Below, piece by piece: positions 30,593-40,787 of a stretch of DNA of 64,000 nucleotides. A program made the translations under genes and the position numbers. The stretch comes from Candidatus Saccharicenans sp. Its GTDB lineage: Bacteria; Acidobacteriota; Aminicenantia; Aminicenantales; Saccharicenantaceae. The notes under the pieces were generated by a model, which saw only the letters and a list, made by a program, of their open reading frames with translations, did not search any database and was not told the DNA's origin. Every line of letters starts with the position of its first letter. Position 1 is the stretch's first letter. The DNA lies in contig DAOLNQ010000001.1 in NCBI GenBank assembly GCA_035416665.1, forward strand, positions 158,733-222,732. The letters run 5' to 3'.

Positions 30593-30886
30593 TTATTTTC
30601 CTGTCAGGACACGGGGGACCTTGAAGAAGTCGCCCTCTTTCTCCGGTGCCATGGCCAGAACCTCAGCCAGTGGTAAAGATTGGCCCGGCTCATCAGGCTC
30701 GAGTCTCAAAGCAAAGTCAACGGGAGTAAAATTCTCTCCCTCTGCTTCTTCTGCTTCTATCTCCAACTGGGCCAGCTGGCCTACCCAGTCAATGATTTTA
30801 TCCAGCTGGGCTGGTAGCTGTCTTTCTTCTTCTTCAGTAAGTTTTAGATTGGCCAGCCTGCTTAAATAATTTACATCAGATTTCAT
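30593..30886 (-). CDS. gatC: Glu-tRNA(Gln)/Asp-tRNA(Asn) amidotransferase subunit C
   Basis: About 97 aa, MKSDVNYLSRLANLKLTEEE, immediately upstream of gatA. The internal Met is preferred over the track start at 30922. Confidence 0.75.
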   Translation of the reverse strand: MKSDVNYLSRLANLKLTEEEERQLPAQLDKIIDWVGQLAQLEIEAEEAEGENFTPVDFALRLEPDEPGQSLPLAEVLAMAPEKEGDFFKVPRVLTGK

Positions 30887-30991
30887 GACTACAATTATAG
30901 GCAATCGCCCGGTGGTTAACAAGGAAAGTTTCTTTTTTAATTTTTTTTGATTTATGGTATATATAATTCTATTTTTTGACAGGGGAAGCCT

Positions 30992-32794
30992 ATGGACTCA
31001 GTAAAAAAAATAATCTCCAAATACAAAAAGGATCGGACGAGGCTCATTGATATCCTGAAAGATATTCAGGCCGAAGAAGGCCATATCTCTGAACAGACAA
31101 TTAGAGCTCTCGCCACTTCTCTTAAAATCTCCAGGGCTGAGATTGAAGGGGTTATCTCTTTTTACCATTTTCTAGCCGAGCGTCCCCTGGGGAAATATGT
31201 GCTCTATCTCAACAATTCAATTACTTCTGAAATGGCCGGCCGGGAAAAGGTGGCCAAGACCCTGGAGAAAGAGGCTGGCTGCCACTTTGGCGAGACCTCT
31301 CCTGATGGCCTGATCACCCTTCTGGAGACTTCCTGTATCGGTATGAACGACCAGGAGCCGGCGGCCATTATCAATGGTGTGATTTTTACCTCATTAACTG
31401 AAGAAAAGGCGAGAAAAATAATCACCAGGATGAAAGAGAAGCAGGATGTACAGTCCATGATTGAGGAATATGGCGACGGTGCCAACCAGCATGAGCTGGT
31501 CAGGGCGATGGTTAAGAATAATATCAGAAAAAAGGGACCGGTTATCTTTGGAGATTACAAGGCAGGTGAAGCTATTGATAAGGCTTTAAGAATGACGCCA
31601 GAAGCGGTTATTGATGAAGTTAAAAAGGCCAATCTCATGGGTAGAGGCGGGGCAGGTTTTCCGACCGGATTGAAATGGGAGCTCTGCCGTAAGGAAAAGA
31701 ATCCCAACCACTATGTTGTCTGCAATGCGGATGAAGGTGAGCCCGGCACCTTTAAGGACCGGGTCCTTTTGACCGAAAGGCCAGAAATGGTATTTGAAGG
31801 TATGGTCATTGCCGGTTATGCCGTCGGAGCAAGACTTGGCGTTTTTTATCTCCGGTACGAATACAGCTACCTGCGAAAATACCTTGACTTTATTCTGGAC
31901 AGAATGCGCCGGCAGGGTCTTCTGGGGAAAAACATTGCCGGTATGAATTTTGATTTTGATATTGAGATTAGATCCGGAGCTGGAGCTTATGTCTGCGGTG
32001 AGGAATCGGCACTGATCGAATCAGCCGAAGGCAAGCGGGGCGACCCGCGAGACCGGCCTCCTTTCCCGGTCCAGAACGGCTATCTGGGCTGCCCGACTAC
32101 GGTCAACAATGTCGAGACCCTGGCCACTGCTACCCAAATTCTTAATCGAGGAGCAGCCTGGTTTAGATCCATGGGCACACAGGTTTCAGCCGGAACTAAG
32201 GTGCTCAGTATTTCTGGCGACTGTAAGTCACCTGGAATTTACGAAGTCGAATGGGGATTAACCATCCGGGAGCTTCTGGACATGGTCGGGGCCAGGGACA
32301 CCCTGGCCGTTCAGGTCGGTGGAGCCTCCGGCCAGTGTCTGGCTGAGAGTAGCTTTAACCGTAAACTCTGTTATTCTGATCTGCCCACCGGCGGTTCAAT
32401 CATCATCTTCAATAAAAGTCGGGATATTTTTTCCATCGTGCGGAATTTCCTGGACTTCTTTATTGAAGAAAGCTGCGGGTGGTGTGCCCCTTGCCGGGCA
32501 GGCAATGTTCTTCTCAAGAAGAAATTCGAAAAAATCGTCTCCGGCCTGGGCACCGCTCAGGACCTGGCTGAGATTGAGTCCTGGGGGAAATTAATAAAAT
32601 CAACCAGTCGCTGTGGTCTCGGTCAAACCAGTCCCAATCCGATTCTGACCACACTCACCAATTTCCGCGAACTCTATGATAAAAAGATCAATAAGGAAAC
32701 CGATTTCGTTTCTGAATTTGACCTGAAGCGAGCTGTGGAGGACGCCTGCAAGGTGACCGGAAGAAAATTCCAGGAGGAAAGACAAGATGCCTGA
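30992..32794 (+). CDS. hoxF: NAD(P)-linked hydrogenase diaphorase subunit HoxF (NuoF-like 51-kDa module with a fused NuoE-like N-terminal domain)
   Basis: GRGGAGFPTG (NADH/FMN site) and ESCGWCAPCR ([4Fe-4S]). The N-terminal ~150 aa resemble NuoE/HoxE but keep only 2 of the 4 Cys. Confidence 0.85.
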   Translation: MDSVKKIISKYKKDRTRLIDILKDIQAEEGHISEQTIRALATSLKISRAEIEGVISFYHFLAERPLGKYVLYLNNSITSEMAGREKVAKTLEKEAGCHFGETSPDGLITLLETSCIGMNDQEPAAIINGVIFTSLTEEKARKIITRMKEKQDVQSMIEEYGDGANQHELVRAMVKNNIRKKGPVIFGDYKAGEAIDKALRMTPEAVIDEVKKANLMGRGGAGFPTGLKWELCRKEKNPNHYVVCNADEGEPGTFKDRVLLTERPEMVFEGMVIAGYAVGARLGVFYLRYEYSYLRKYLDFILDRMRRQGLLGKNIAGMNFDFDIEIRSGAGAYVCGEESALIESAEGKRGDPRDRPPFPVQNGYLGCPTTVNNVETLATATQILNRGAAWFRSMGTQVSAGTKVLSISGDCKSPGIYEVEWGLTIRELLDMVGARDTLAVQVGGASGQCLAESSFNRKLCYSDLPTGGSIIIFNKSRDIFSIVRNFLDFFIEESCGWCAPCRAGNVLLKKKFEKIVSGLGTAQDLAEIESWGKLIKSTSRCGLGQTSPNPILTTLTNFRELYDKKINKETDFVSEFDLKRAVEDACKVTGRKFQEERQDA

Positions 32795-33485
32795 GAAATT
32801 AAAATTCAGTATAGATGGTCGGGAATGCCTGGGCGAGCAGGGGATGACCATTTACGAGGCAGCCAAAGCCAATGGGGTTTATATTCCTGTTCTTTGCCAC
32901 TATGAAGGGCTTAAGCCAGTTGGCAGCTGTCGGATATGCTCGGTTATGGTCAACGGCCGATGGATGGCTTCCTGCACGCAACCGCTGTCCGAGGGCATGG
33001 CTATAGAAAACGATACCCCTCAGGTCAATGAATACCGCCGGGCGATTGTGGAGATGCTGCTGGCCGAAGGCAACCATTTCTGCCCGGCCTGTGAAAAAAG
33101 CGGCAACTGTGAGCTTCAGGCTTTAGCTTACCGTTTAGGAATTCTGGTGCCACGTTTCCCCTATCAGTTTCCAAAACGAAAGATAGAGGCCTACCCTGGC
33201 TTTTTGCTCGAGCACAATCGTTGCATTCAATGTCAGCGTTGTGTGCGTGGTATTCAGGCTGAGGGTGGGCTGAAAATATTCGCTATGAAAAATCGCTCCA
33301 GTGCAGTCAAGGTCAATGTGGACAGGAAACTGGCTGCTAAATTAAGCGAGGAACAGATTCAGAAAGCTATGGACCTCTGTCCGGTTGGAGCTATTCTCAA
33401 AAAAGAGGTCGGTTTCATTCGTCCCATCGGCCAGAGAAAATATGATCACCAGCCCATCGGCAGTGAGATCGAAGGTCAAAAGTGA
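32787..33485 (+). CDS. hoxU: Hydrogenase diaphorase FeS subunit HoxU (NuoG N-terminal-like)
   Basis: [2Fe-2S] CHYEGLKPVGSCRICSV plus CPACEKSGNCELQ and CIQCQRCVRGI cluster motifs. Confidence 0.8.
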   Translation: MPEKLKFSIDGRECLGEQGMTIYEAAKANGVYIPVLCHYEGLKPVGSCRICSVMVNGRWMASCTQPLSEGMAIENDTPQVNEYRRAIVEMLLAEGNHFCPACEKSGNCELQALAYRLGILVPRFPYQFPKRKIEAYPGFLLEHNRCIQCQRCVRGIQAEGGLKIFAMKNRSSAVKVNVDRKLAAKLSEEQIQKAMDLCPVGAILKKEVGFIRPIGQRKYDHQPIGSEIEGQK

Positions 33486-33494
33486 GGTTTGAAG

Positions 33495-34043
33495 ATGAGC
33501 GGTAAACCAGTAATTGCCACGGCTTCGTTAGCCGGTTGTTTCGGCTGTCATATGTCCTTTCTTGATATAGATGAAAGGCTGCTCGAACTCATTGAACTGG
33601 TGGAGTTTGATAAGTCACCAATTGACGATCTAAAGCACTTCACCCGACCGGTTGATATTGGCTTAATTGAAGGCGGCTGCTGCAATGCCGAAAACGTCGA
33701 GGTTCTGCGCTCATTCCGCCAGAACTGTCGGATTCTCGTTTCTGTTGGAGAATGCGCGGTCATGGGTGGGCTGCCAGCCATGCGGAACACTATTTCTCTT
33801 CAAGAATGTCTGGAAGAAGCCTACCTGAATTCTCCTACGGTCGCTCCGGAAGACAGGGTCATCCCCAATGATGAGGATCTGCCTCTTCTGCTGGATCGGG
33901 TTTATCCCTGCCACGAAATAGTCAAAATTGATTATTTTCTGCCGGGCTGTCCGCCGTCGGCCGATCTTATCTGGGAAGCCCTGACCGCTCTGGTGCAGAA
34001 CAGGCCCATGAAGCTTGAATATCAACTGATTAAATATGATTGA
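33495..34043 (+). CDS. hoxY: [NiFe] hydrogenase small subunit (group 3, HoxY-type)
   Basis: ASLAGCFGCHMSFLD proximal-cluster motif. Length is about 180 aa. ATG at 33495 with an upstream GAGG. Confidence 0.85.
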   Translation: MSGKPVIATASLAGCFGCHMSFLDIDERLLELIELVEFDKSPIDDLKHFTRPVDIGLIEGGCCNAENVEVLRSFRQNCRILVSVGECAVMGGLPAMRNTISLQECLEEAYLNSPTVAPEDRVIPNDEDLPLLLDRVYPCHEIVKIDYFLPGCPPSADLIWEALTALVQNRPMKLEYQLIKYD

Positions 34044-34054
34044 GGTTTAAGACC

Positions 34055-35503
34055 ATGGCCAGAAAAATAACGATAGAACCGGTAACGAGAGTCGAGGGAC
34101 ACGGTAAGGTCACCATCCATCTTGATGATGAGGGGCGCGTTTCTCAAGCCCGTTTTCATGTGGTGGAGTTCCGTGGCTTCGAGCGTTTTGTTCAAGGGCG
34201 ACCTTACTGGGAGATTCCTGTTCTTGTCCAGCGCCTGTGCGGTATCTGTCCGGTAAGCCATCACCTGGCCGGAGCCAAGGCCATGGATATCATTGCCGGC
34301 GTACCGCCTGAAAAGCTTACCCCGACCGCTGAAAAAATAAGACGCCTGATGCATTATGGACAGATGCTCCAGTCCCATGCACTTCATTTCTTTCATTTGG
34401 CTTCGCCTGACCTTCTTTTCGGTTTTGACGCTGATCCGGCCTTGCGCAACATAATTGGTGTGGCTAAGTTCCACCGGGAGCTGGCTGTCCATGGCGTTAT
34501 TCTCAGAAAATTCGGGCAGGAAATAATTAAAGCCACAGCCGGGAAGAGAATCCATGGCACCGGGGCTATCCCGGGAGGTGTCAATAAAAGTCTGACCCCG
34601 GAAGAAAGAGATTATTTCCTCAAGTCACCGGCTCCCTACAATATTGACACCATCATTGATTGGGCTCAGGAAGCTATTGAGGTCTTTAAAAAATTGCACC
34701 AGGAAAACAAGGACGTCCTGGATAATTTCGCTGCTTTTCCTTCCAACCACCTGAGCCTGGTGCGGAAGGATGGAGCTCTGGACTTTTACCATGGTGTCCT
34801 GAGAGCAGTAGATGCGGAGGGCCGCAAAATCCTCAATGATGTTGATTACCAGGATTACCTCAAATATATCGGAGAAGAAGTCAGACCATGGAGTTATATG
34901 AAATTTCCCTATCTAAAAAAATTGGGAAAAGAGAAAGGCTGGTACCGGGTTGGGCCGATTGCCAGACTCAACACCTGCGATTACATTCCCAGCCCTCGAG
35001 CCCAGCAGGAATTCGAAATCTATAAAGCCTATACCGGCGGTAAGCCCAATAATATGACCCTTCACAGCCACTGGGCCCGCCTGATTGAACTCCTCCATGC
35101 AGCTGAAGTGATTAAAGACCTGCTCAATGACCCGGACATTACCGGCAGCAAACTGGTGAAAAAAGGTAAAAAACAACTGGAGGGAGTGGGCCTGGTCGAG
35201 GCACCACGCGGCACACTTTTCCATCATTACCGGATAAACAAGGATGACCAGGTGACCATGGCTAATTTGATTGTCTCCACGACCAATAATAATGAAGCCT
35301 ACAATCAGGCTGTCCGCTGGGTAGCAGACAAATACATTTCAGAAAAACCGGAAATAACTGAAGGCATGCTTAACCGGGTGGAAGTAGCCATCCGGGCTTA
35401 CGATCCCTGCTTGAGCTGCGCGACACATGCCCTGGGTCAGATGCCACTTGAGGTTGACCTTTATGATGCTAAAGGCCAGCTCATTGACAGTAAAAGAAAA
35501 TAG
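34055..35503 (+). CDS. hoxH: [NiFe] hydrogenase large subunit (HoxH)
   Basis: N-terminal RVEGHG (L1), RLCGICPVSH, and C-terminal DPCLSCATHALG (L2 Ni-binding Cys pair). Confidence 0.9.
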   Translation: MARKITIEPVTRVEGHGKVTIHLDDEGRVSQARFHVVEFRGFERFVQGRPYWEIPVLVQRLCGICPVSHHLAGAKAMDIIAGVPPEKLTPTAEKIRRLMHYGQMLQSHALHFFHLASPDLLFGFDADPALRNIIGVAKFHRELAVHGVILRKFGQEIIKATAGKRIHGTGAIPGGVNKSLTPEERDYFLKSPAPYNIDTIIDWAQEAIEVFKKLHQENKDVLDNFAAFPSNHLSLVRKDGALDFYHGVLRAVDAEGRKILNDVDYQDYLKYIGEEVRPWSYMKFPYLKKLGKEKGWYRVGPIARLNTCDYIPSPRAQQEFEIYKAYTGGKPNNMTLHSHWARLIELLHAAEVIKDLLNDPDITGSKLVKKGKKQLEGVGLVEAPRGTLFHHYRINKDDQVTMANLIVSTTNNNEAYNQAVRWVADKYISEKPEITEGMLNRVEVAIRAYDPCLSCATHALGQMPLEVDLYDAKGQLIDSKRK

Positions 35504-36060
35504 TGAGCCCGCGTAAAGATAGAGGCCTTAGAATTCTGATCTTCGGTATTGGTAACCCGGCACGTCAGGATGATGGATTGGGACCGGCTTTCATTAGCCG
35601 CCTGGAAAAAGCCAGAATACACAGTTTGACCTTAGAAGCTGATTATCAACTGCAGGTAGAAGATGCCCTTCTTTTTTCTGAACATCAACTCGTCGTGGTT
35701 GTTGATGCTATAAAATCAGGCCGCAAGCCTTTTGTTGTCAAAAGAATAGAGCCCGCTGAGGATTCGAGTTTTACCACTCACCACCTTTCTCCGGAAGCTC
35801 TTCTTTACCTGACCCAGATCCTCTATGAGAGAAGTCCCGAAGTCTGGCTTCTGGGCATCAGAGGCTATAAATTCTCGCTCGGGGAAAAGCTCAGCCCGAA
35901 AGCCCGGGCCAACTTTGATCAAGCCTATAAGTGTTTTATTAAGTTTTTAAAAATCGTAACAACTTCTGGGCTGGCTTCTGCTATAATTGATTTTCAACCA
36001 CTAACATCATCTCGAGGTAAAAGACATGGAGCAAAAGAAAAAAGAATTGCTGGTTCTTGA
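35503..36060 (+). CDS. hoxW: Hydrogenase maturation endopeptidase (HoxW/HycI family)
   Basis: ILIFGIGNPARQDDGLG is the signature start of hydrogenase C-terminal processing proteases. GTG start overlaps the hoxH stop. Confidence 0.75.
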   Translation: MSPRKDRGLRILIFGIGNPARQDDGLGPAFISRLEKARIHSLTLEADYQLQVEDALLFSEHQLVVVVDAIKSGRKPFVVKRIEPAEDSSFTTHHLSPEALLYLTQILYERSPEVWLLGIRGYKFSLGEKLSPKARANFDQAYKCFIKFLKIVTTSGLASAIIDFQPLTSSRGKRHGAKEKRIAGS

Positions 36061-36703
36061 GGATATCCTCGGCTCAAATAAAAAGATAGCCGGTCAGATC
36101 AGAAAGAAGCTGGAAGAGCATGGCATCCTGGCAGTTAATCTGCTGAGTGCGCCCGGATCAGGAAAAACCTCGCTTCTCGAAAAAATCGGGTTAAAACTTA
36201 AAGATAACTACCGGCTGGGGGTGATTGAAGGCGATATAGAAACAGAAAGGGATGCCGAAAGAATCAGAAAAATCGGTCTTCCAGCCTGGCAGATTACGAC
36301 TCACGGTGCCTGCCACCTGGAAGCCAAAATGCTGGCTCAAATTTTTGATCAAATACCGGCTGACCTCGATTTTTTATTTATAGAAAACGTGGGCAATCTT
36401 GTTTGTCCGGCCAGCTTTGACCTGGGCGAAGGGCTGCGTTTTGTTTTGCTCTCGGTACCGGAAGGTGATGATAAGCCCAAAAAATATCCTGAAGCTTTTC
36501 TCACCTCACAGGTTCTCGTTCTGACTAAATGTGACCTTTTGCCCTATTTGCCCTTTGACACTGACCGTGTCATCAAAGAAGCTCTGGAAATTAATCCTCA
36601 TCTTAAAGTTTTTAAAACTTCTGCCACGACGGGAGAAGGTCTGGACGAGCTTTGTGCCTTTTTAGAAGCAGAACTCAAAGAGAGGCGCAGTCAGCATGCA
36701 TGA
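36026..36703 (+). CDS. hypB: Hydrogenase nickel-incorporation GTPase HypB
   Basis: P-loop LLSAPGSGKTSLL plus a G-domain. Confidence 0.85.
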   Translation: MEQKKKELLVLEDILGSNKKIAGQIRKKLEEHGILAVNLLSAPGSGKTSLLEKIGLKLKDNYRLGVIEGDIETERDAERIRKIGLPAWQITTHGACHLEAKMLAQIFDQIPADLDFLFIENVGNLVCPASFDLGEGLRFVLLSVPEGDDKPKKYPEAFLTSQVLVLTKCDLLPYLPFDTDRVIKEALEINPHLKVFKTSATTGEGLDELCAFLEAELKERRSQHA

Positions 36704-37055
36704 GCTGTCACTCGTCGCTGACCTTTTTACTATCATTGAGCAACAGGCTAACCAGGCCGGCGCCAAAAAAGTCACTAAAGTAGTTGTTTCAGTTGGCGAG
36801 TTGTCTGGAGTTGTACCGGAGCTTTTTAGGTCAGCTTTTCAGAGTTACAAAAAGGGAACTATCGCCGACAAAGCCAGGTTGCAGCTCAAAATGGTTAAAA
36901 TCAAATTTAAATGCCGGAGTTGCGGCCACGAAATTACTGCCAGAAATATCATGGACGAATCTTTTTCTTATCTCTGCCCGGCCTGCGGTTCAAAAGAGAT
37001 GGAGCTCATCGCCGGGCGTGACCTTTACCTGGAAAAACTGGAAATAGAAACCTGA
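36696..37055 (+). CDS. hypA: Hydrogenase nickel-insertion protein HypA
   Basis: MHELSL... N-terminal Ni site (His2) and a CxxC...CxxC zinc finger (CRSCGH...CPACGS). Confidence 0.8.
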   Translation: MHELSLVADLFTIIEQQANQAGAKKVTKVVVSVGELSGVVPELFRSAFQSYKKGTIADKARLQLKMVKIKFKCRSCGHEITARNIMDESFSYLCPACGSKEMELIAGRDLYLEKLEIET

Positions 37056-37070
37056 GGTACCACCAGAGTC

Positions 37071-37907
37071 TCAAAAATAGCGGGAGGCAGCAGGGTGGTG
37101 GAGAATAAGGGCTGTCGTCGTCAGTTCTGGTACCAGCTGAAAAGTTTCTGTCAATGAGACGCCTATTCCCTTGCCGTCTAATAGCTCCAGAATCTTTTTC
37201 TGATCCTCAAGGCGCGGAAAAGAAGGGTAGCCAGGGCTGATTCTACGACCGCGGTATTTTTTCTTCAGGCAGGCATCATAATCCGGACTGCCTTCAGATT
37301 CCAGACCCAGTTCCTGCCTTATTCTAAAATGGAGATATTCTGCCAGAGCTTCGGTTAACTCCGCACCCAGACCATGCCAGAGAAAATAATCAGCATACTC
37401 GCCGCTAGTCCATTTTTCTTTAATAAAGGCCTCAAGTTTATGGCCCGTGGTCACCAGAGAAAAGGCCACGACATCCTTTTTTTCTGCTTCTCGGGGCAAA
37501 AAGAAATCAGCAGCACTTATCTCTGGAAAAGACTTAAGCAAAGGGAAACTGAAGACAAAGGGTGCCTCGTCACTCTCGTCCCTAAAGACCAGAAGCTTAT
37601 TTTTCTGGCGGCAGGCCGGAAAATAGCCATAGGCGGCCTGAAATTGTAGTAGCTTTTTGTGGCGAGCTTCTTCTAAAAAACCGGAAAGAAGTGCATCCGG
37701 AATGAGATGGGCGTTGACCGGCAGGCTGGTTTTGTCCTTCAACTGCCAGCGGGTGGAAATAAGGACTTTGACATTAAGGAAAGGCAGAACTTTCTCTGGC
37801 GATATTTTCTTTAAATGGCGGCTCCCCCAGAATGGTGGGTGTGGTATTTCCTCGGGGGCTAACCGCCTGATTTTAATCTCTTCTTTTGTCATTTCCCTGC
37901 TGTTCAT
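37071..37907 (-). CDS. Stand-alone methionine-synthase reactivation (AdoMet-binding) domain protein
   Basis: The C-terminus RRISPGYPSFPRLEDQKKILELLD...GVSLTETFQLVPELTTTALILHHPAASRYF parallels the MetH activation domain (...RVSPGYPACPDH...LTESFAMWP...SHP...YF). Confidence 0.75.
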   Translation of the reverse strand: MNSREMTKEEIKIRRLAPEEIPHPPFWGSRHLKKISPEKVLPFLNVKVLISTRWQLKDKTSLPVNAHLIPDALLSGFLEEARHKKLLQFQAAYGYFPACRQKNKLLVFRDESDEAPFVFSFPLLKSFPEISAADFFLPREAEKKDVVAFSLVTTGHKLEAFIKEKWTSGEYADYFLWHGLGAELTEALAEYLHFRIRQELGLESEGSPDYDACLKKKYRGRRISPGYPSFPRLEDQKKILELLDGKGIGVSLTETFQLVPELTTTALILHHPAASRYF

Positions 37908-38178
37908 CCTGTCATCCTTACTTCTGGCCTTTTGCCCTTTTAAATAATTCGCCTGGCTGAAGGGCTTGTCTTCTTTCCATTTCTTGCCTTTTTCTTGCCT
38001 TTACTCTCTTGAGCATGATATCCATTGTCCTCCACTAAGCCGGATCAGCCGGCATCATTCTCAGCCTGATAAAGAATTGACCAGAAAAATCAAAAGCAGA
38101 GACACAGACTCAAAAAGTTTACCCTCTATCCAACTTTTTTCCTCGTTCATAATCATAAGCTCTAACCTCGTTGAGCTT

Positions 38179-40746
38179 CTAGACATTAGCCCTGCCGGCT
38201 GATTTTTCTTTTTTCCCTGATAGATTTTTCATAATTTCTAAAGCGGCCATGGCATCCCGGCCATAATAAACCTCGCCTCCGTAGGCTGGTTTTAGAACTT
38301 TCTCCACAAAGCTCCGGTCCAGAGCTGCCCCGCCGCATAGAACCGGAACTTTAAGCCCATGTTCTCTTAACGTCTCCAGATAATCTTTCATCACCCAGCA
38401 GGATTTTACCAGCAAGCCACTCAAACCGACGGCCTGTGGTCTGAATTCTTCTATGGCTTTGATAATCTCTTCCACCTTCTGATTTATACCAAGATTAATA
38501 ACTTCAAAGCCATTGGCTTCAAGAATCAAAGCGACGAGATTCTTGCCGATATCATGGACATCACCCTGAACCGTAGCCAGGACAATTTTACCTTTTCTTT
38601 CTTCGCCGCTCCCCGCCGGAAGATATGGTTTGAGAACAGTCAAAGCTTTTTTAACCGTTTCAGCTGATTTAAGAACAAAGGGCAGCGGTAAATTCTGCTG
38701 GCTGAAAAGTTCACCGACTATGTCCATGCCTTTTAAAAGAAAATTATTGATTATCTCCAGCGGTGAATATTTTTTAAGAAGCTCCTGGATAAGGACCTCC
38801 ATTTGAACTGATTCTCCATTTACCACTGCTTCTACCAGGGCTTTCTCCGGTCGGACAGCCTGCCGTGAAGCTGACGGAGTTGTTGAAGTCAGCAAAAATT
38901 TTTCGCCCAGAAGCTCAGTGAGAGGGTCATAACCGGGGCGGCGGTGGTTTAGAATTAAATCCTGGCCCAGCTTTAAAATTTTCTCGGGTATTCTCTGAAG
39001 CGGCATTATTTTCGAATGATGAATAATCGCTGCATCGAGACCGGCCTTTAGCGCCAGGGATAAAAAAATAGAGTTTATATAAGGCCTGAGCTCGGCCGGC
39101 AAACCGTAAGAGACATTGCTTATGCCCAGAATCGTCTGACACTCTGGAAATCTTTCCTTAAGAAGCCTGATGGCAGTTAAAGTCTCCCGGGGAGCGTCAG
39201 CATAGTGATGGTCTCCGCTAGCCAGCGAAAGAGTCAGCGGATCAAAGAAAATATCAGAAGGCTTGAAATTATTTTTATTAACCAGAAGATCATAAAGTCT
39301 CAAAGCAACGCGCAGTTTTTCTTCGGCCTTAAGCGCCAGCCCATTCTCATCAATGGTCAGGGCAACGACTGCCGCCCCGAATTCCTTAGCCAGGTCTATC
39401 GTCTCCTGCGCCCGCTTCCCTCCATCTTCCAGGTTAATCGAGTTAATGATGACTTTACCACCGTAGTTTTTAAGCGCAGTCTCCAGAGCCGAAATATTAC
39501 TGCTATCAATCATGACGGGAATTTTGAGCTGGAGATTTAATGTCGGCATAAAAATTTTCCAGTCCGCTGCTTCCTCCCGGCCGGATGTGGCCAGAGCCAC
39601 ATCGGTCAGATGAGCTCCTTCCCGCTCGGCCTCGACTGCCACTTCCATCATCCCCTGAAAATTTTCTGAGAGCAGCAGTCGCCGGAAGGCCTGGCTCCCA
39701 TTGACATTGGTTCTCTCGGCAATAATTAAAGGCCGCGGCTTGACCCGAAAAGGCTGAGCTCTGAAGGTCGAAGCACAGCCGGGGGAAAAGCGGTAATGTC
39801 TCCGGACCGGATGAAGACCGTCAACTTCTCTTACCACCGCTTTTAAATGCTCGGGTGTTGTTCCGCAACAGCCGCCGACCAGACGCACCCCGAACTCCTC
39901 CACAAATCTTTTAATGTCCGTAGCTAGCTCTTCCGGAGAAAGATCATAGATGTATTTTCCCTCTTCTAGAACCGGACGTCCGGCATTGGGCAGAGCCGAA
40001 AGAAGAAAAGGTGAATTCTTTTTTAACTGCCGCAGCGCCTCAACCATAGCCTGCGGACCATCGCCGCAATTCAGTCCTAAAGAAAAAAGAGGAAAACTGG
40101 AAAGAGCCGTGATGAGGGTCAGCATGTCTGTTCCCAGAAGAAGACACCCCGCCTTATCCACCGTCACCGTGACCATCACCGGCAGTCGCTGATTTTTTTC
40201 TTTTTGAACCCTGAAAATAGCAGCCAGTGCGGCTTTTATCTGGAGAAGATCCTGGGCAGTTTCGATCTGAAGAAGATCCACCCCACCTTCGACGAGACCC
40301 GAGACCTGCTCGTAATAAGAATCTTTCAATTTATCAAAACCGATCTGTCCCAGGCTGGGCAACTTTTTCCCCGGTCCAATTGAGCCCGAAACAAATCTCG
40401 GGCGCGAAGCGGTGGTAAAAGAAGAGGCAATTTCCTTAGCCAGCCGGGCGGCGGCCAGATTAATCTCGTAAGCTTTATCCCCGAGGCCGTATTCTTCCAG
40501 GACAGCGCGATTAGCTCCAAACGTATTGGTTTCAATAACTTCACAACCGGCTTCAAGAAAAGAAGCATGGACTTCACCTACCACCTGCGGCCGGGAAAGG
40601 TTAAGAATTTCATAGCAACCTTCCTTTCCGCGGAAATCGTCTGGCGTTAGACTGAATTTCTGGAGACTGGTGCCCATAGCGCCATCAAAAATTATGACCT
40701 TCTCTTTAGCTATATTTTCAATCCGGCTCTGTTTTCTTTTTCTCAT
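38179..40746 (-). CDS. metH: Cobalamin-dependent methionine synthase core (Hcy, pterin and B12 domains; no reactivation domain)
   Basis: Hcy-binding N-terminus (IIFDGAMGT), pterin-binding TIM barrel, and a B12 cap plus Rossmann fold with GDVHDIGKNLV (DxHxxG). At 855 aa it is about 370 aa shorter than E. coli MetH. Confidence 0.9.
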   Translation of the reverse strand: MRKRKQSRIENIAKEKVIIFDGAMGTSLQKFSLTPDDFRGKEGCYEILNLSRPQVVGEVHASFLEAGCEVIETNTFGANRAVLEEYGLGDKAYEINLAAARLAKEIASSFTTASRPRFVSGSIGPGKKLPSLGQIGFDKLKDSYYEQVSGLVEGGVDLLQIETAQDLLQIKAALAAIFRVQKEKNQRLPVMVTVTVDKAGCLLLGTDMLTLITALSSFPLFSLGLNCGDGPQAMVEALRQLKKNSPFLLSALPNAGRPVLEEGKYIYDLSPEELATDIKRFVEEFGVRLVGGCCGTTPEHLKAVVREVDGLHPVRRHYRFSPGCASTFRAQPFRVKPRPLIIAERTNVNGSQAFRRLLLSENFQGMMEVAVEAEREGAHLTDVALATSGREEAADWKIFMPTLNLQLKIPVMIDSSNISALETALKNYGGKVIINSINLEDGGKRAQETIDLAKEFGAAVVALTIDENGLALKAEEKLRVALRLYDLLVNKNNFKPSDIFFDPLTLSLASGDHHYADAPRETLTAIRLLKERFPECQTILGISNVSYGLPAELRPYINSIFLSLALKAGLDAAIIHHSKIMPLQRIPEKILKLGQDLILNHRRPGYDPLTELLGEKFLLTSTTPSASRQAVRPEKALVEAVVNGESVQMEVLIQELLKKYSPLEIINNFLLKGMDIVGELFSQQNLPLPFVLKSAETVKKALTVLKPYLPAGSGEERKGKIVLATVQGDVHDIGKNLVALILEANGFEVINLGINQKVEEIIKAIEEFRPQAVGLSGLLVKSCWVMKDYLETLREHGLKVPVLCGGAALDRSFVEKVLKPAYGGEVYYGRDAMAALEIMKNLSGKKEKSAGRANV

Positions 40747-40787
40747 TTATCATCTCCTCTTTTTCCTGCCTTCCCTATTTGCTTTAT

